A DNA stretch of 64,000 nt, taken from assembly GCF_964213995.1 (NCBI RefSeq), contig NC_135812.1:103044001-103108000 (forward strand), written 5' to 3'. Source of the stretch: Mustelus asterias. Lineage: Eukaryota. How positions within the stretch are numbered: position 1 is the first letter of the stretch; every line of letters begins with the position of its first letter. The notes under the pieces were generated by a model. That model was not told the origin of the DNA and searched no databases. It saw only the letters and a list, made by a program, of their open reading frames with translations. The translations under genes were made by a program, and so were the position numbers. Positions 48,701 to 61,847 of the stretch are shown here, piece by piece.

Positions 48701-51700
48701 GCCCTTCCTGTCTTCTCCCTTTTGTGCCAATGGCACAGACATCTCTGGAGGGAAACATGCAACAACTAGACAACTCCATGCAAAGAAGTGGTGAACTTGT
48801 TCAGGTTAAAAAATGCCACTTCTGATCAGTACCCAAGGTTTGGAGACAGCAGACTGAAAATAAAGTGCGCGCACCTTAGAAGCCTGCAAACTACTCTGGC
48901 AAATTATCCTGGGACATTTGAAGTGATCCTGCATTTTCTGGGTCCCGACACTGTCCTGATACTTGATGGCTGCAAACTTGTTCAAGGTCATGGCCAATGA
49001 CCTCTTGAGACCAGACATCCTGCCCTCCAACCCTGGCTGGGATAAAGACCTCAATCCTGCGCTGGAAATTATTAATCCCAATTGATCTTTTTATCAGGTG
49101 CATTGCGGAGGTGGACCTGGAAGTTGAAAGATTGCCAACGTTCAGGTGCAGAACCTGCCTTTGGCGCCCCAGCATATTTTTCCACCTGTGGTGTCTGTTA
49201 CTTTACGAAGGAGACTGCCATTAATAAAATAAGTTGTTTATTGTAGTTTGTGTGGATTAACTCACTTAACGAAGTTTTGTTCTGGTGGGTATGAAATAGT
49301 ACCTATTTAGGAGCATAAACACTGGCAGTGACTAATTGAACCAAATAACCTTTTTCAGTATTGTAGCTAGTATCTGGCCAAGCTTTTTTGTAATTGGTGG
49401 GCATCGCAATGGGTTCAATACAATACTAATCCAAATTTGACTTTCTAATCCTAAATATTGGTTTTAAGGTCAAACACTGGTTCCACCTGCTGTTTCCATT
49501 ATCAGTCCCTTTTGTACCACCTGCTTCCAATACAAAAGATGCAAACTAATAGTTGATCCAAAATAAACTTTTCCGTATTATTACTGTTATTATACAGTTT
49601 TTTGATTTCCAGGAATACTGTAACTTTGTATTTTGTCATTTATTTGGATTAAATATTCTGCTTTTGCATGTGTACTATCAAAGACTTGTGCAGAACTATT
49701 ATTTAAAACTCAGTGGATTTGGAAGAGGCTGCGTTAACTGGCTTGCCCAGTAAGGTTTTGGTTTTTACTTTACACTGGTTTCATTTTGAACTTTCCCTGT
49801 ACCCAAGATGTTTTGGAGTTTAGGATCCTCCATCCAGTTAGTTGATGAGCTGCATTGACAGGAAAATGATTTGATCTCCAACCTTTGTCCCCATCAGTGA
49901 GTGGGTTGATCATGCCTGGTCCCTGCTGGTGGGAACCCCTCCCACATGGGGGTGAAATGATTAGTGAGCCTGGACAATACCGTCCTGGGCTTATTTAGTG
50001 ATATGGAAATGGCGAATTCCATATGGTAATCAGCCTTGCGCTGGACACCATTTGCGACTCCTACTACAGGCACCCCCGCTGATTTTCCTGGCCCACTGCA
50101 CCACTTGAGCAGCGCAGCGGGCCAGGAAAATCGCATCCCTGGTCTCTGTGGGAACAGCAAAAGGGTTGGTGCACTTGGCCTCAATGCACCACTTAAGAAG
50201 TGGAAAATTGGTTGTGCTTCTAGCCAACAATTCTCGTGAGAACCTTTTATGCACATTGAGACCAATGCTCTTCTTTTCCAGCTGTAATACACCATCCAGA
50301 CAGATAATCTGTCAAGGCTCACATGATTAGGGACCAGTCAGGTGATGCACTAAACAAGCATGACTAATTGTGCACAATTTTTCTTGACATGAAGTTAATT
50401 CCTTTGGGAGGGGAGGAGAAAAAAATTGCCAGAGGAAAGATAACAATCAGTTTATTGCCTTTTCATTTTCGTAAATACAAAAACTGCACAGTTTGACTTT
50501 TTTTTTCTCCCCCTTCTATTTTATATTTTAAAATAGGTGATCCTGACTTGCTATCCAGTGAAGCAATATCTGTAATCCGAGGTGTACTTCAAGAGGAACT
50601 TGGGAACCCATGCAAAGAGAGGGTACCCGAAGCAGGAGCACATTCATCAAAAGCGTACAGTCTATTTTTTGAATTTATGGAGAACTTGAGTAATATTTTG
50701 ATTCCTGAATTAAAAGATATAACTTGAATTAATTCAGTAAAGCAAGTGGAAAACAATTATTTAGTCAGCTTGGTCTCTGTTGTTATCCCCTCTTCTGAGT
50801 TAGAAGGTAGCAGTTTCAAATTCTCCTCCAAGACCTGAGTACACCACCTAGGCTGTCACTTAGTCCTGAGGAGTGCTCTGTTGCAAAACCTTTTGTAAAT
50901 TGCATGTTAAAATGATCCTCCACCAACTTGCACTACAAAAAAAATAGAAGTGTAATAGTGATTTATTTGGGTGCATGGCACCTTAAATCCTTTTGCAAGG
51001 CTGTGCACGCACAACGTAAAGGGACCAATTTGTATGCAGCCAGTGCTGGTGCTGCTTACAGGAAACATCTCGGCCTACCTGAACGTAAAAGATTGTACAC
51101 TTGAAAATGAGATGGATGGTCTTTTAGCCAATGATCCTGTGAGTCAGCATTTCTAATGACGAGGTACCGCATGGTAGGTTGTTGCATAAGGTTAAATCTC
51201 TCAGGATCCAGAATGAGGTATCTAAATGGATACAAAATTGACTTCTTGACAGAAGCCAGAGGATGGTTGTAGAGTGTTGTTTTTCAAACTGGAGACCTGT
51301 AACCAGTGGTGTGCCACAGGGATCACTGCTAGGTCCACTGTTATTTGTCATTTATATTAATGATTTGGATGAGAATATAGGAGGCATGGTTAGGAAGTTT
51401 GCAGATGACACCAAGATTGGTGGCATAGTGGACAGTGAAGAAGGTTATCTCGGATTGCAAAGGAAACTTGATCAATTGGGCCAGTGGGCTGACAAATGGC
51501 AGATGGAGTTTAATGTAGATAAATGTGAGGTGATGCATTTTGGTAGATTGAACCAGGGCAGGACTTGCTCAGTTAATGGTAGGGCGTTCGGGAGAGTTGT
51601 AGAACAAAGATCTAGGAGTACAGGTTCATAGCTCCTTGAAAGTGGAGTTACAGGTGGACAGAGTGGTGAAGAAGGCATTCGGCATGCTTGGTTTCATCGG

Positions 51701-54700
51701 TCAGAACATTGAATACAGGAATTGGGACGTCTTGTTGAAATTGTACAAGACACTGGTAAGGCCACACTTGGAATACTGTGTACAGTTCTGGTCATCCTAT
51801 TATAGAAAGGATATTATTAAACTAGAAAGAGTGCAGAAAAGATTTACCAGGGTGCTACCGGGACTTGATGGTATAAGATGAGGCTGGATAGACTGGGACT
51901 TGTTTCTCTGTAGGGTAGAAGGTTGAGGGGTGATCTTGTAGAGGTCTATAAAATAATGAGGGGCACAGATCAGCTAGATAGTCAATAGCTTTTCCCAAAA
52001 GTCAGGGAATCTAAAACTGGAGGGCATAGGTTACGGTGAGAGGGGAGAGATACAAAAGTGTCCAAAGGGGCAATTTTTTCACAGAGGGTGGTGAGTGTCT
52101 GGAACAAGCTGCCAGAAGTAGTAATAGAGGCAGGTACAATTTTGTCTTTTAAAAAGCATTTAGACAGTTGCATGGGTATAGAGGGATAAGGGCCAAATGC
52201 GGGCAATTGGGATTAGCTTAGGGGTTTTTTTAAAAAAAAGGGCAGCATGAACAAGTTGGACCATAGGGCCTGTTTCCATGCTGTAAACCTCTATGTCTCT
52301 AATGCAAAAACTAACTTGCAAATTGTCAATCATGCTTCAGGTTTTTTGGCCATGATCAATAGAAAGGATGGAGGGGGCGGTGGAAAAATATCTTTAATGA
52401 CATAAGTAATTTTTTAAACAGCTTTTCTGAGGTAATGAGCTAGCTGGGCTATGAAAAATATCAAACTTAGTGGCTTGTCTCTACCTCGCGTATTATAATG
52501 GAATCACTTTGACTAATAGAAATACAGCAGGATTTCAAACATCCAAACAAAAGTCAATCCTTTGTAATCGAACCTATAGCAGCACCAAAGACTTTTCAAA
52601 AGGCAAATAACTTTAATCAGTTAGATGAATCAGTGAGGATAACATTACATGTTATTGCACAAAATAGGGTGTCAATTTCATCTGTGAATCTGATCATTAC
52701 TTGTTCACATTCAAATCAAGTGCACCAAATGCAATTCAATCTGGTTTTAAGAGAGATTTTAGCAAAATCATGTGAAAATTCCACTGACATCATAACACAA
52801 AGGGATTGTATTGTTGCATTCTAGGCCCTTTACCATGCATATATTTATTTAGCAAATGCAAAACACCCAAGTCGAGCAATAGCCTCATTTACTGAGTTTA
52901 GGGTATACTCCTCGATGTGCATAATTATTTGTCATTCCACAAGTGACTGAGACCCCAGCGGTGGCTGTACAGGAGCCCTGGTCTGTCCTGAACCTATTTA
53001 GCAAGGACCACTGTCACCATTACAGTTCAAAGCCTGTCGTTTGTCATGAGGAACTTGTTAGTGACTTCCTGTGTTTCTCATTCCTTGATCCAAATGATGT
53101 CTGCTGGTAGATCTTGATCAAGAAGTGTTTTCCATATGGGTGTGCCGAGATGCGGGTAGTGAGTGGTTGAACAGGTCATCATGGAGTGATGAGTGGATGG
53201 TTTCAATCAACCTGTGGGTTTTTGGTCAGTTGGCAGATGTGTGATGGAGTGAAGTTTGCAAGAACAGGAAGCTAGAGGAGGGAGTTGAGTGGACAGTGCA
53301 ATATGTGTAGATATGGGACTGTGCGCAATAGCTTCTATCAAAATAAGAAGCTCTTGCATTTTCTGAGAACAACTAATGCAACTGAATCCAGCACGAACTA
53401 CAAAGCAATTCTAGGTTTGTAACAATATTGTCAGTGATAGCATTTCAAAACAAATTCATTGACTGAAGTAATTTAGGGAGTTCCAAGGATGAGAGAACTT
53501 GACAATGCAAGTTTGTTTTATTATTGTTGCCACTTCTAACCACCCCCAATTTTTATTGGGTTGTTAAAACTTGTGTGAATGTACAAATTGTGATCTGAAT
53601 TTTCTCATTAATTTTAAAATGTGTAAAAATTGATATTTTTTTAACTGATCTAGCTCATCATCATCCCTTCCCACCTGGGATGGAAATGGATCTGAATCCA
53701 CCAATGAGCTCATCCGGCTTGGTGAATCTGCTTGTACATTCGTCCACAGAAAGAGCTCAGGTAATCGCTAATAAATCTTTTCAGTAAGAGCAACATTAGG
53801 ACCTGTGGTTGTGTTTGACTTGCTGTGTGCTTTATATTAGAAATTCCATATGCATTTTTTTAAAAAAAAATTGCTCTGTTTCCATTATTACTTTTTGGAG
53901 CTTCCAATTCAACTTTTAAAAGCCTACTTGTGACTAATAAATAAATAGTTATTGGTCCTTACTTTGCTTTTCCTTTTCTTTCTTGAGACCTGCCTGCTGA
54001 ATTTTATAAGAAACAATCGGAACAGAAGTTGAAGACCTTGGACCAAGGAAAAAATGGGATTTGTTCCTCTGCTTCTAATTTTGCCACTGTGCCTGACACT
54101 AATGGGGAAGAAATGCTGAAACCAGGAAGTAAGTAGGAAAAAATAATGTTTGTTTATAAATAGCAGTATCCTATAGGTGGATGACAACTTTGATTTTGTT
54201 TTGTTAAAGAACTCTTGTGCCTGCATGGAAACATTCAAATTGTTTTTGTCTAGGAGTTTGTGAATTTGAATCCAGAGGCTGCCTTAGATTTTCTTTCTAC
54301 CCCCCATAGCCTGACTGACCACTTGTCTTCTGAGCAAAAGTAAGGACATTATAAAGCAAAATACAGCTGATGTTGGAAACACTTAGCAGGTCAGGCAGCA
54401 TTGTGGAGAGAGAAACAGATAATGTTTCACGTGACTGACCATTCATCAGAACTGGAAAAATGAAGAGATGTAAACTTGTTTTAATCAAGCACAGAGACTG
54501 GGAAAGGTGGTGAGGGGAGGCGAGAACAGGAGAGATATATAGGCACAAAAATCTTGCTGCCATTTACACCGGCAGGATCTCATGATCCTGTTGATGCACC
54601 CCCACTGCGGGTTTCCCAATGGCAAGGGGCACACTCAATGGGAAACGCCATTGACAATGGCGAGATCATAAGAACCTGCTGCCAGTGAGCAGTGCACTGC

Positions 54701-57700
54701 TTCCTGCTGCCATGAAACACGCCACGGGGAAGGAAAATCCCACCCAGGGTGAATGGTAGGAATGATTAGTTAAAGCACAAAATGCATAATGATACCGGAC
54801 AAAAGTTCTAAATTTTCAATTTCTGAAGAAAGATCATTGACCTGAAACATGAGTGATGTTTCTCTCCCCACGAGTGATGTTTCTCTCCCCACAGATGCTG
54901 CCTCAGCTGCTAAATATTTCCAGCATTTTATGCTTTTATTAAGGACGACTTATCTCCAGGGAAACAAAGCATAAATTAAACCTCCTCACCCAGTTTAAAT
55001 CTAGTCACCTGAAGAGTAGCATCGATGGCAATGGATCAATTTCTTTAGTGCTAGAGTGCTGTACCAACAATACCTAAAGCAGTGAGATGCTCAAGTTGCT
55101 GGTCTCTGCTTTGCCATTGAAATTATTTAAATCATTTTTATTTTCTCTAATTATATTGGATAATTTGTCAGTTACTGGTAATCCCCAACATTTTGAAAAG
55201 CAGAAAAAGCAATCCAGAGCAATACATAAGATCATCAGGAATAAATGCAAGGACCTATCTTTCGAGTAAAATTCCTAGATGTTAATTAATGGAAAAATTA
55301 CCATTTACAGCTCTCCAATATCTTCCTCCATCTCTCTGTAACTGATTTGAGATTGAATTCAAACACTTTAATTTAATTTACACCTCCTTCCACTGCCTAT
55401 TTTTCAATCTTTCAGCCTGGTTAAGGTGTTTGTTGCTCTGTTCGTTCAATTTAAAGATTCTTTACCCCTTACTGTGTTGTTTATCAGCTTGCACTTTCAG
55501 CAGCTTAGGGGGCAAAAATGTTTTGTGCTGAAGGGTGCAGGGACAAATCTAACTTGCAGAAAATGCTTTTGGATGTCATACAAGATCTGGTCCAAGACTT
55601 TGGATGGCATTGAGTGATGAACCTGGAGTGTCTGCTCCAAGTATTTTTTTTTTCCCCCTCTGATATTACTTGTGGTGCATTCCCACAAGGGTCTAGTGTG
55701 CTCCATTCATTACAGCAGATATCTATGCTTGCCAGCATTGCCAACCCCTTCGTGTGAAGACCTGAATTAAAACATTACCAGGCTTAATGTAGTCACTACA
55801 GGGTACTGGACTTGGTTGTCTAAGTAGTCTGTGAAGACTAGCCAGTCCAAACTGTTCCATATAGACCTTTGCACCTTGATGAAAATGCCAATACTTGTAA
55901 GAATGTTGTTGGAGGACCAAGTTTACATACTGCACATTCTAGTTGTTTTTCCAGTTAATTGTGGTGTGAATTACCACTAAGATTGGAGAACATAGCAATT
56001 TAACTTAATGGGTGTTTGTTTCAAATATTACCATTGCAGTGCACTTCTAGGCTGTTGGCCCATTTATACTGGACAAGTTTTAAAAAATTTTTAATCTCTC
56101 TTTGTAAAGGGTCTGCTGACAATATGCCTTCCATAAATCATTCCACTGGATTAAACACTAATGCTCTGCAGCTTGGGGAGCCCATTCGACCTGCTATTCC
56201 TCTGCAGTCTCCTTACCACCCACCTGAGTATAGGCCTGCTGTCCATGATGTGCATCTGCCCAGTTATCAGTCCAGCTCTGGTACAGCATTACTGGTCAGT
56301 CAGAAAATCGAACCGAGTTCCCAGAGAAGACCTCCGATTCTTGCAGGAGGACAGAAAGTGAAATCTATGTCTACTATTCATAATGTGAGTAGGCTGACAT
56401 TTTGAATGAAAGTCATTACATTGGTAGGCCATGTTTATGGAGCTTGCATTAAGATTACCTTTCTTTAAACATTTCATTTGCATTTCACAGTAAATTTAGC
56501 TGTCACTGGATGTTTGGGTTAACCATGTTGATTCAAAGAAAAGTACAGCACAGGAACAGGCCCTTCGGCCCTCCAAGCCCGTGCCGATCATGATGCCCTT
56601 ACTCGGTCCGTATCCCTCTATTCCCTCCCTGTTCACCCAGATACCTCTTAAATGTTGCTAATGTGCCTGCTTCCATCACCACCACTGGCAGCGCGATCCA
56701 GGCACCCATCACTCTCCACATGGAAAAACTCCCCCCGCACATCTCCCTTAAACTCCTCCTTCCACCACCCACCTCCCTGCACCCCCCGCCCCTCACCTTG
56801 AACCTATGCTCCCTTGTAATTGACACTCCCACACTGGGAAAAAGCCTCTACCTATCTACCCTGTCTATGCCTCTCATAATTTTGTAGACCTCTATTAGGT
56901 CTCTCCTCAGCTTCTGTCTTTTCAGTAAAAACAATCCTAGTTTAGTCAACATTCTGGTGAACCTTCTTTGCACAGTCTCCAAAGCTTCCGCATCCTTTTG
57001 GTAGTGTGGCAACCAAAACTGCATGCAATACTCCAAATGCAGCCTAAGCAACGTTTTATATAGCTTGTACTCGGTGCCCTGGCTGATGAAGGCAAGCATG
57101 CCATATGCCGCCTTAATCACCTTTGCCACCTGCGTTGTCACTTTTAGGGAACTGTGGACCTGCATCTTCCAGAGCCCGCTGTATGTTAATAGTTCTGCCA
57201 TTTACAGTAATATTCATACCTTGGTTTGATCCCCAAAAATGCATCACCTCGCAGTTATTCGGATTAAACTCCATCTGCCATTTCTGTGCCCAAGTCTCCA
57301 ATCTATCCATATCCTTTTGTATCCTCTGACAATCCCCGGCACTATCGGCAACTCCACCACTCACATTTTCCTCCTGATCATTTATATGTACTACAAACAA
57401 TAGAGGTCCCAGCACTGATCCCTGTGATCCACTAGCTACAGATCTCTATTCTGGAAAAAAAAGCCTTCCACTATATCTTCTGTGATCAAGCCAGTTCTGT
57501 ACCCATCCCAAATCCCATGTGATTTTAGTTTTCGTACCAGTTTGCCATGTGGAACCTTGTCAAACACCTTGCTAAAGTCCATATAAATTACAGTAAGAAG
57601 TCTCTCAACACGAGGTTAAAGTCCAACCGGTTTATTTGGTATCCCGAGCTTTCGGAGCACTGCTCCTTCATCAGGTGAGTCGAGAGTTGGGTTCACAAAC

Positions 57701-60700
57701 AGGGCATGTATAGACAAAGACTCAGTTGCAAGATAATGGTTGGAATGCAAGTCTTTGCAGGAATCAAGTCTGTACCTGTAAAGACAATGTGAGTGCAGAG
57801 AGGGATAATCAGAGGTTATCAAATCAGAGGTGTGAATTGTCTCCACCCAGGACAGTTAGTAGGATTTTTGCAAGCCCAGGCCAAATGGTGGGGGGTTACA
57901 CGTAGTGTGACATGAACTCAAGATCCCGGTTAAGGCCGTCCTCGTGTGCAGAACTTGGCTATCAGTTTCTGTTTGGCGATTCTGCGTTGTCGAGTGTCTT
58001 GAAGGTCACCTTGGAGAACGCTTACTCTAAGATCGGAGGCTGAGTGGCCCTGACTGCTGAAGTCTTCCCTGACAGGAAGGGAACACTCCTGCCTGGTGAT
58101 TGTCAAGCAGTGTCTGTTGTCGTAGCGTCTGCAATGTATCACCGATGTACCATGCCTCAGGACATCCTTTCTGCAGTGTATGAGGTAGACAACGTTGGCC
58201 GAGTCACATGAGACTTCTTACTGTGCCCACCTGAGTCCAATGCCGGCATCGCCACATTGTATAAATTACATTCTCAGCCCTTCCCTCATCAATTATCTTT
58301 GTCACCTCTTAAGGTTCAATCAAATTGGTGAGACATGACCTTCCCCGTTAAAAAAAACCATGCGGCTTGTCACTAACTAATCCATTTTCATCCAAATGTG
58401 CATATATCCTATCCCTCAGTATCTTCTCCAAAGCTTCCCACCACTGACGTCAGGCTCTCCGTCCTATAATTTACAGGATTATCCTTGCTTCCTTACTTAA
58501 ACAAGGGAACAACATTGGCTTTTTTCCAGTCCTCTGGAACCTTGCCTGTGGTCAAAGAAGATATCTGTTAAGACCCCAGCTATTTCTCTCCTTGCCTCCC
58601 GCAATAACCTGGGATAGATCTCATCCGGCCCCGGGGACTTGTCTACCTTAATGTAATTTAGGATACTCAACACTTCCTCCTTCAATATATTGACGTTCTC
58701 TACAGCATTCCCATACCTATCTGTCATGTCCTTCTTGGTGAGTACCGATACAAAGTACTCATTAAGGATCTCCATTTCCTGTGGCTCCATGCATAACTTC
58801 CCTCCATTGTCCTTGAGTAGGCCTGTTCTTTCTCTTGCACCTGATATATGGATGGAAAGCTTTGGGATTCTCCATGACCCTATTTGCTAAAGACATTTCA
58901 TGGTCCCTTTTAGCCCTCTTAATTCCACGTTTAAGTTCCTTCCTACTTTCACTACAATCCAAGGGCTTCATCAGTTAGATGCCCAGACCTAATGTCTGCT
59001 TCCTTTTGACTAACCTTACAGTTTCTCTTGTCATCCATAGTTCCCGAGTCCTGCCATTTCTATCCTTCATTTTTGCAGGGACATGGCTATCCTGCATTTC
59101 AATCAACTTGCTTTTAACAGCTTCAGAAGTGGATATGCCCTCAAATAGCCGCTCCCAATCCACATTCTCCAGTTCCTTTCTTACTTGGCCCTTGCCCAAT
59201 TAAGCACCCTCGCCTGAGGGCCACTTTTGTCTTTATTCATGATTATCCAAAATCTTAGGGAATTATGGTCGCTAAACCCAAAATGCTCCTCCACTGAAAC
59301 GTTGATCACCTGGTCTAGCTCATTCCCCAATACCAAGTCCAGTATAGCCCCCTCCTTGGTTGGATTGTCAACCTACTGTATCAACCTCTTGGATACATCT
59401 AACAAATTGCTCTCCATCCGAGCCCCTGGCTCTAAGGGAGTCCCAGTCAATATGAGAGAAGTTTTCACACCTTTTCAGTATGTGACTACACAACTGCTCC
59501 TCTCCTCTGCGGGCTGTTGGGAGGTCTATAGTACCCAACTCCCAATGTTGTGATTTCACACTTCCTATCCCTGAGCTCCACCCGTAATGCCTCATTACAA
59601 GATCCCTCCAATGTGTCCTCCCTCAAAACAGCTGTGATGTGCTCCCTAATCAGCCATGCAACTCCCCCACCCCTTTTATTTCCTCTTCTGTCCCATCTAA
59701 AACAACGATACATACTCCGGAATGTTAACTTGCCAGTCCTGTCCCTCCTTTAACCATGTCTCCATAATTGCAATAACATAATTCCATGCAGTAATCCAGG
59801 CTCTCAGTTCATCTGTCTTGTCTGTTATACTTCTTGCATTGAAGCAAGTGCACTCCAGACCTCCAGTCCCATTGAGCCCCATGGCATCTCTCTGCCTGCT
59901 TGTACTCTGCGCTATATTTATCTCCAGTCTTTTTTTTTCCCCAGTCCCTGGGGGACATGGTGCAACATGTCCTTGTACAGGCCCCACCTTCCCCAGAAGA
60001 CATCCCAGTGATCCATATATCTAAAGCCCTCCCTCCTACGCCAGCTCTTCAGCCACGCCACGTGTTCAACTGTACTATCTCTCTGTTCCAAGCCTCAACA
60101 GCACATGACATGGGGAGCAATCCTAAGATTAAGAACATTAAAAAATAGGAGCAGGAGTAGGCCATCTAGTCCCTCAAGCCTGCTCCGCCATTCAATAAGA
60201 TCATGGCTGATCTGATAGTGGGTTCAGTTCCACTTACCCGCCTGCTCCCCATAACCCTTAATTCCCTTAATGATTAAAAATCTATCTATCTGTGACTTAA
60301 ACACATTTAACGAGGTAGCCTCTGCTGCTTCATTGGGCAGAGAATTCCAAAGATTCACTACCCTCTGGGAGAAGAAGTTCCTCCTCAACTCTGTTCGAAA
60401 TTGACTCCCCCGTATTTTGAGGCTATGCCCTCTAGTTCTTGTTTCCGTTGTAAGTGGAAATAACCTCACTGCTTCTACCTTGTCTAGCCCCTTCATTATC
60501 TTGTATGTCTCTATAAGATCTCCCCTCAACCTTCTAAACTCCAATGAGTACAGGCCCAGTCTACTCAATCTCTCCTCATAAGCTAACCCCCTCATCTCCG
60601 GAATCAACCTGGTGAACCTTCTCTGTACCCCCTCCAAAGCTAATATATCCTTTCTTAAATAAGGGGACCAAATGATTACTACCCTTTGGGTCCTACCTTT

Positions 60701-61847
60701 TAGCTCCTTGCCTACCTTCCTGAATTATCTTCGCAGGACATCTCTCTTCCTGCTTATGTCATTAATGCCAATGTGGATATCTGTCTGTTTACCCTCCCAT
60801 TTCAGGATGCCCTGTACCTGCTCAGACATCCAGGACCCTGGCACCAGGGAGGCAACACACCATCCTAAAGTCTCATTTGCGGCCAAAGAAAATGCCTGTC
60901 TGTGCCCCTGACTATCGAGTCTCCTACTACTTATCACTCGCTTGGACTTTAGCCCGATCCTGCTCTACAGCAGAACCAGTTGTGGTGCCACAGGCCTGGC
61001 TGCTGCTGGTATTTTCCCCTAAAAGGTTATCCTCCTCTCTCTCTCTCTCTCTTCCCCCCCCCCCCCCCCCCAAATAGTACCCACATTGGTGCAATAGACA
61101 GGGGTGGGGGGCAAACTTCAAATGCTTGAATAAAAACAAAAAATAGCATCTGCAAAAATGAAATAACATCTGGCTGCAACACTTTGAGCACTTTTGAGAG
61201 CAAACATGTATTTTAAGTAGGGTTTGAGATGAGGAAAGAGAAGTTAACAAAGGAAGGAAGCAACAAATGGTCCACACTGGAAGTTAACAGTTGAATTATC
61301 TACAAACTGTTTAAAGTGAATCAGGGAACTGTTTTTAAAAAATCTAAAAAAGAATACGCAGATAAGTAGAATGGTAGAAAAGCTTAGCATGGCAACATCT
61401 GTACCATACAAATTAGAAGCCGGAGTGTAGGACATTTCACTGTAAGGTGGAAGGACATGAGGGCTGCTTTGATAAAACTGCTAAGTACATTCGGAGAAGC
61501 ATGACTCATTGTAGTGATGCAGCAAATGCACAATATAAACACCTGCTAAACATTTAGCATTTAAACTCAAAATTGTATTTAGATACTTAATATTTGCCCG
61601 CTGACTGTTTTATAGTGAAAGTGAGTTTTATTCCTGGATGAATGTGGAAAATGTGCATTTCTGAGATTGAAGGGTTCCAAGATTGCTATCTCTCTTGTGC
61701 TTATATTTTAGTTAATCTGCTTTGAGTGAAGCAAATGCTAAATGGACTTTTTGTTCCCTTGATGTCTTAAATTGACCTATTATCTTTAGTTTCCAGATGA
61801 GCATGAAAATATTTCTACAAAGGTGACACTATCAAAGTCCTGTCCAG
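36746..61847 (+). CDS. CEP95: CEP95 (centrosomal protein 95), 5' portion; the gene continues past the last exon found here
   Basis: Exons 36746-36767, 44875-45003, 45135-45242, 45603-45713, 50537-50654, 53654-53760, 56110-56384, 61790-61847. Encodes [91 protein letters not shown], matching the CEP95 N-terminus. Head-to-head with DDX5 as in mammals. Confidence 0.88.
38506..40058 (-). mobile_element. Young 5'-truncated CR1 LINE; RT split by one frameshift near 39531
   Basis: ORFs 39531-40037 ([22 protein letters not shown]) and 38576-39574 ([18 protein letters not shown]). Confidence 0.93.
40260..40986 (+). mobile_element. Rex1/Babar-like LINE 3' fragment
   Basis: [21 protein letters not shown] and [22 protein letters not shown]; AATCA-repeat tail. 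Confidence 0.7.
41113..43020 (-). mobile_element. Penelope-like element (family A) split by a CR1 insertion
   Basis: Tail at 41113-41153; body at about 42335-43020 with [15 protein letters not shown]; degenerate hammerhead motif. Confidence 0.82.
41154..42328 (-). mobile_element. CR1 LINE fragment nested in the PLE
   Basis: [30 protein letters not shown], frameshifted. Confidence 0.88.
44875..45003 (+). CDS. CEP95: CEP95 exon 2
   Basis: [42 protein letters not shown]. Confidence 0.92.
45135..45242 (+). CDS. CEP95: CEP95 exon 3
   Basis: [35 protein letters not shown]. Confidence 0.92.
45603..45713 (+). CDS. CEP95: CEP95 exon 4
   Basis: [36 protein letters not shown]. Confidence 0.92.
46760..47420 (+). 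mobile_element. Probable solo LTR related to 12576-13311
   Basis: Shared AAAAGTTATGCTAATTCTTTTTGTTATA..GAAACACCTTATG..TCTAGG-TAACTTCACA block. Confidence 0.55.
48000..49175 (+). mobile_element. Possible decayed PIF/Harbinger transposase remnant
   Basis: [20 protein letters not shown] near 48865-48940 weakly resembles the Harbinger CD..ARYPGS.HD motif; highly degenerate. Confidence 0.3.
48476..48526 (+). mobile_element. Tail-only PLE (family A) insertion
   Basis: CTTCTTACTGTGCTTACCCCAGTCCAACGCTGGCATCTCCA with 12-bp TSD CCTCCTGATGAG (48464-48475, 48527-48538). Confidence 0.8.
50537..50654 (+). CDS. CEP95: CEP95 probable exon 5 (3' boundary uncertain)
   Basis: Pyrimidine tract plus atag| acceptor; open frame [20 protein letters not shown]; the only phase-compatible donor found is the weak GC|GTACAG. 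Confidence 0.55.
51155..52300 (+). mobile_element. CR1 LINE 3' fragment
   Basis: [25 protein letters not shown], frameshifted. Confidence 0.9.
53654..53760 (+). CDS. CEP95: CEP95 exon 6
   Basis: [25 protein letters not shown], resembling the recalled human [24 protein letters not shown]. Confidence 0.8.
54352..54940. mobile_element. Inverted pair of family-B PLE-like terminal repeats enclosing a MITE-like insert (about 54540-54747)
   Basis: AGCAGGTCAGGCAGCA..TTCATCAGAA on the left; TTCTGAAGAA..GAAAC..ACAGATGCTGCC on the right. Confidence 0.55.
56110..56384 (+). CDS. CEP95: CEP95 exon 7
   Basis: [23 protein letters not shown]; donor AAT|GTGAGT. Confidence 0.75.
57593..58259. mobile_element. 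Penelope-like element (family A): inverted GIY-YIG and repeat segment plus forward tail
   Basis: 11-bp TSD TATAAATTACA (57582-57592, 58260-58270); minus-strand hammerhead CTGATGAAGGAGCAGTGCTCCGAAAGCTC near 57645-57680. Confidence 0.87.
60131..60671 (-). mobile_element. CR1 LINE 3' fragment of another subfamily, nested
   Basis: ORF 60224-60637 [32 protein letters not shown]. Confidence 0.88.
61790..61847 (+). CDS. CEP95: CEP95 candidate exon 8
   Basis: ctttag|TTTCCAGAT..CCAG|GTGAGA; phase-compatible, but no recognised motif. Confidence 0.45.

Larger units (their letters stand above)
56534..61080 (-). mobile_element. Long, degenerate CR1 LINE (ORF1 esterase-like remnant, APE endonuclease, RT) with two nested insertions
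   Basis: [19 protein letters not shown] (ORF1), [18 protein letters not shown] and YYRPPNS (endonuclease), [14 protein letters not shown] and RT C-terminal remnants. Confidence 0.85.
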
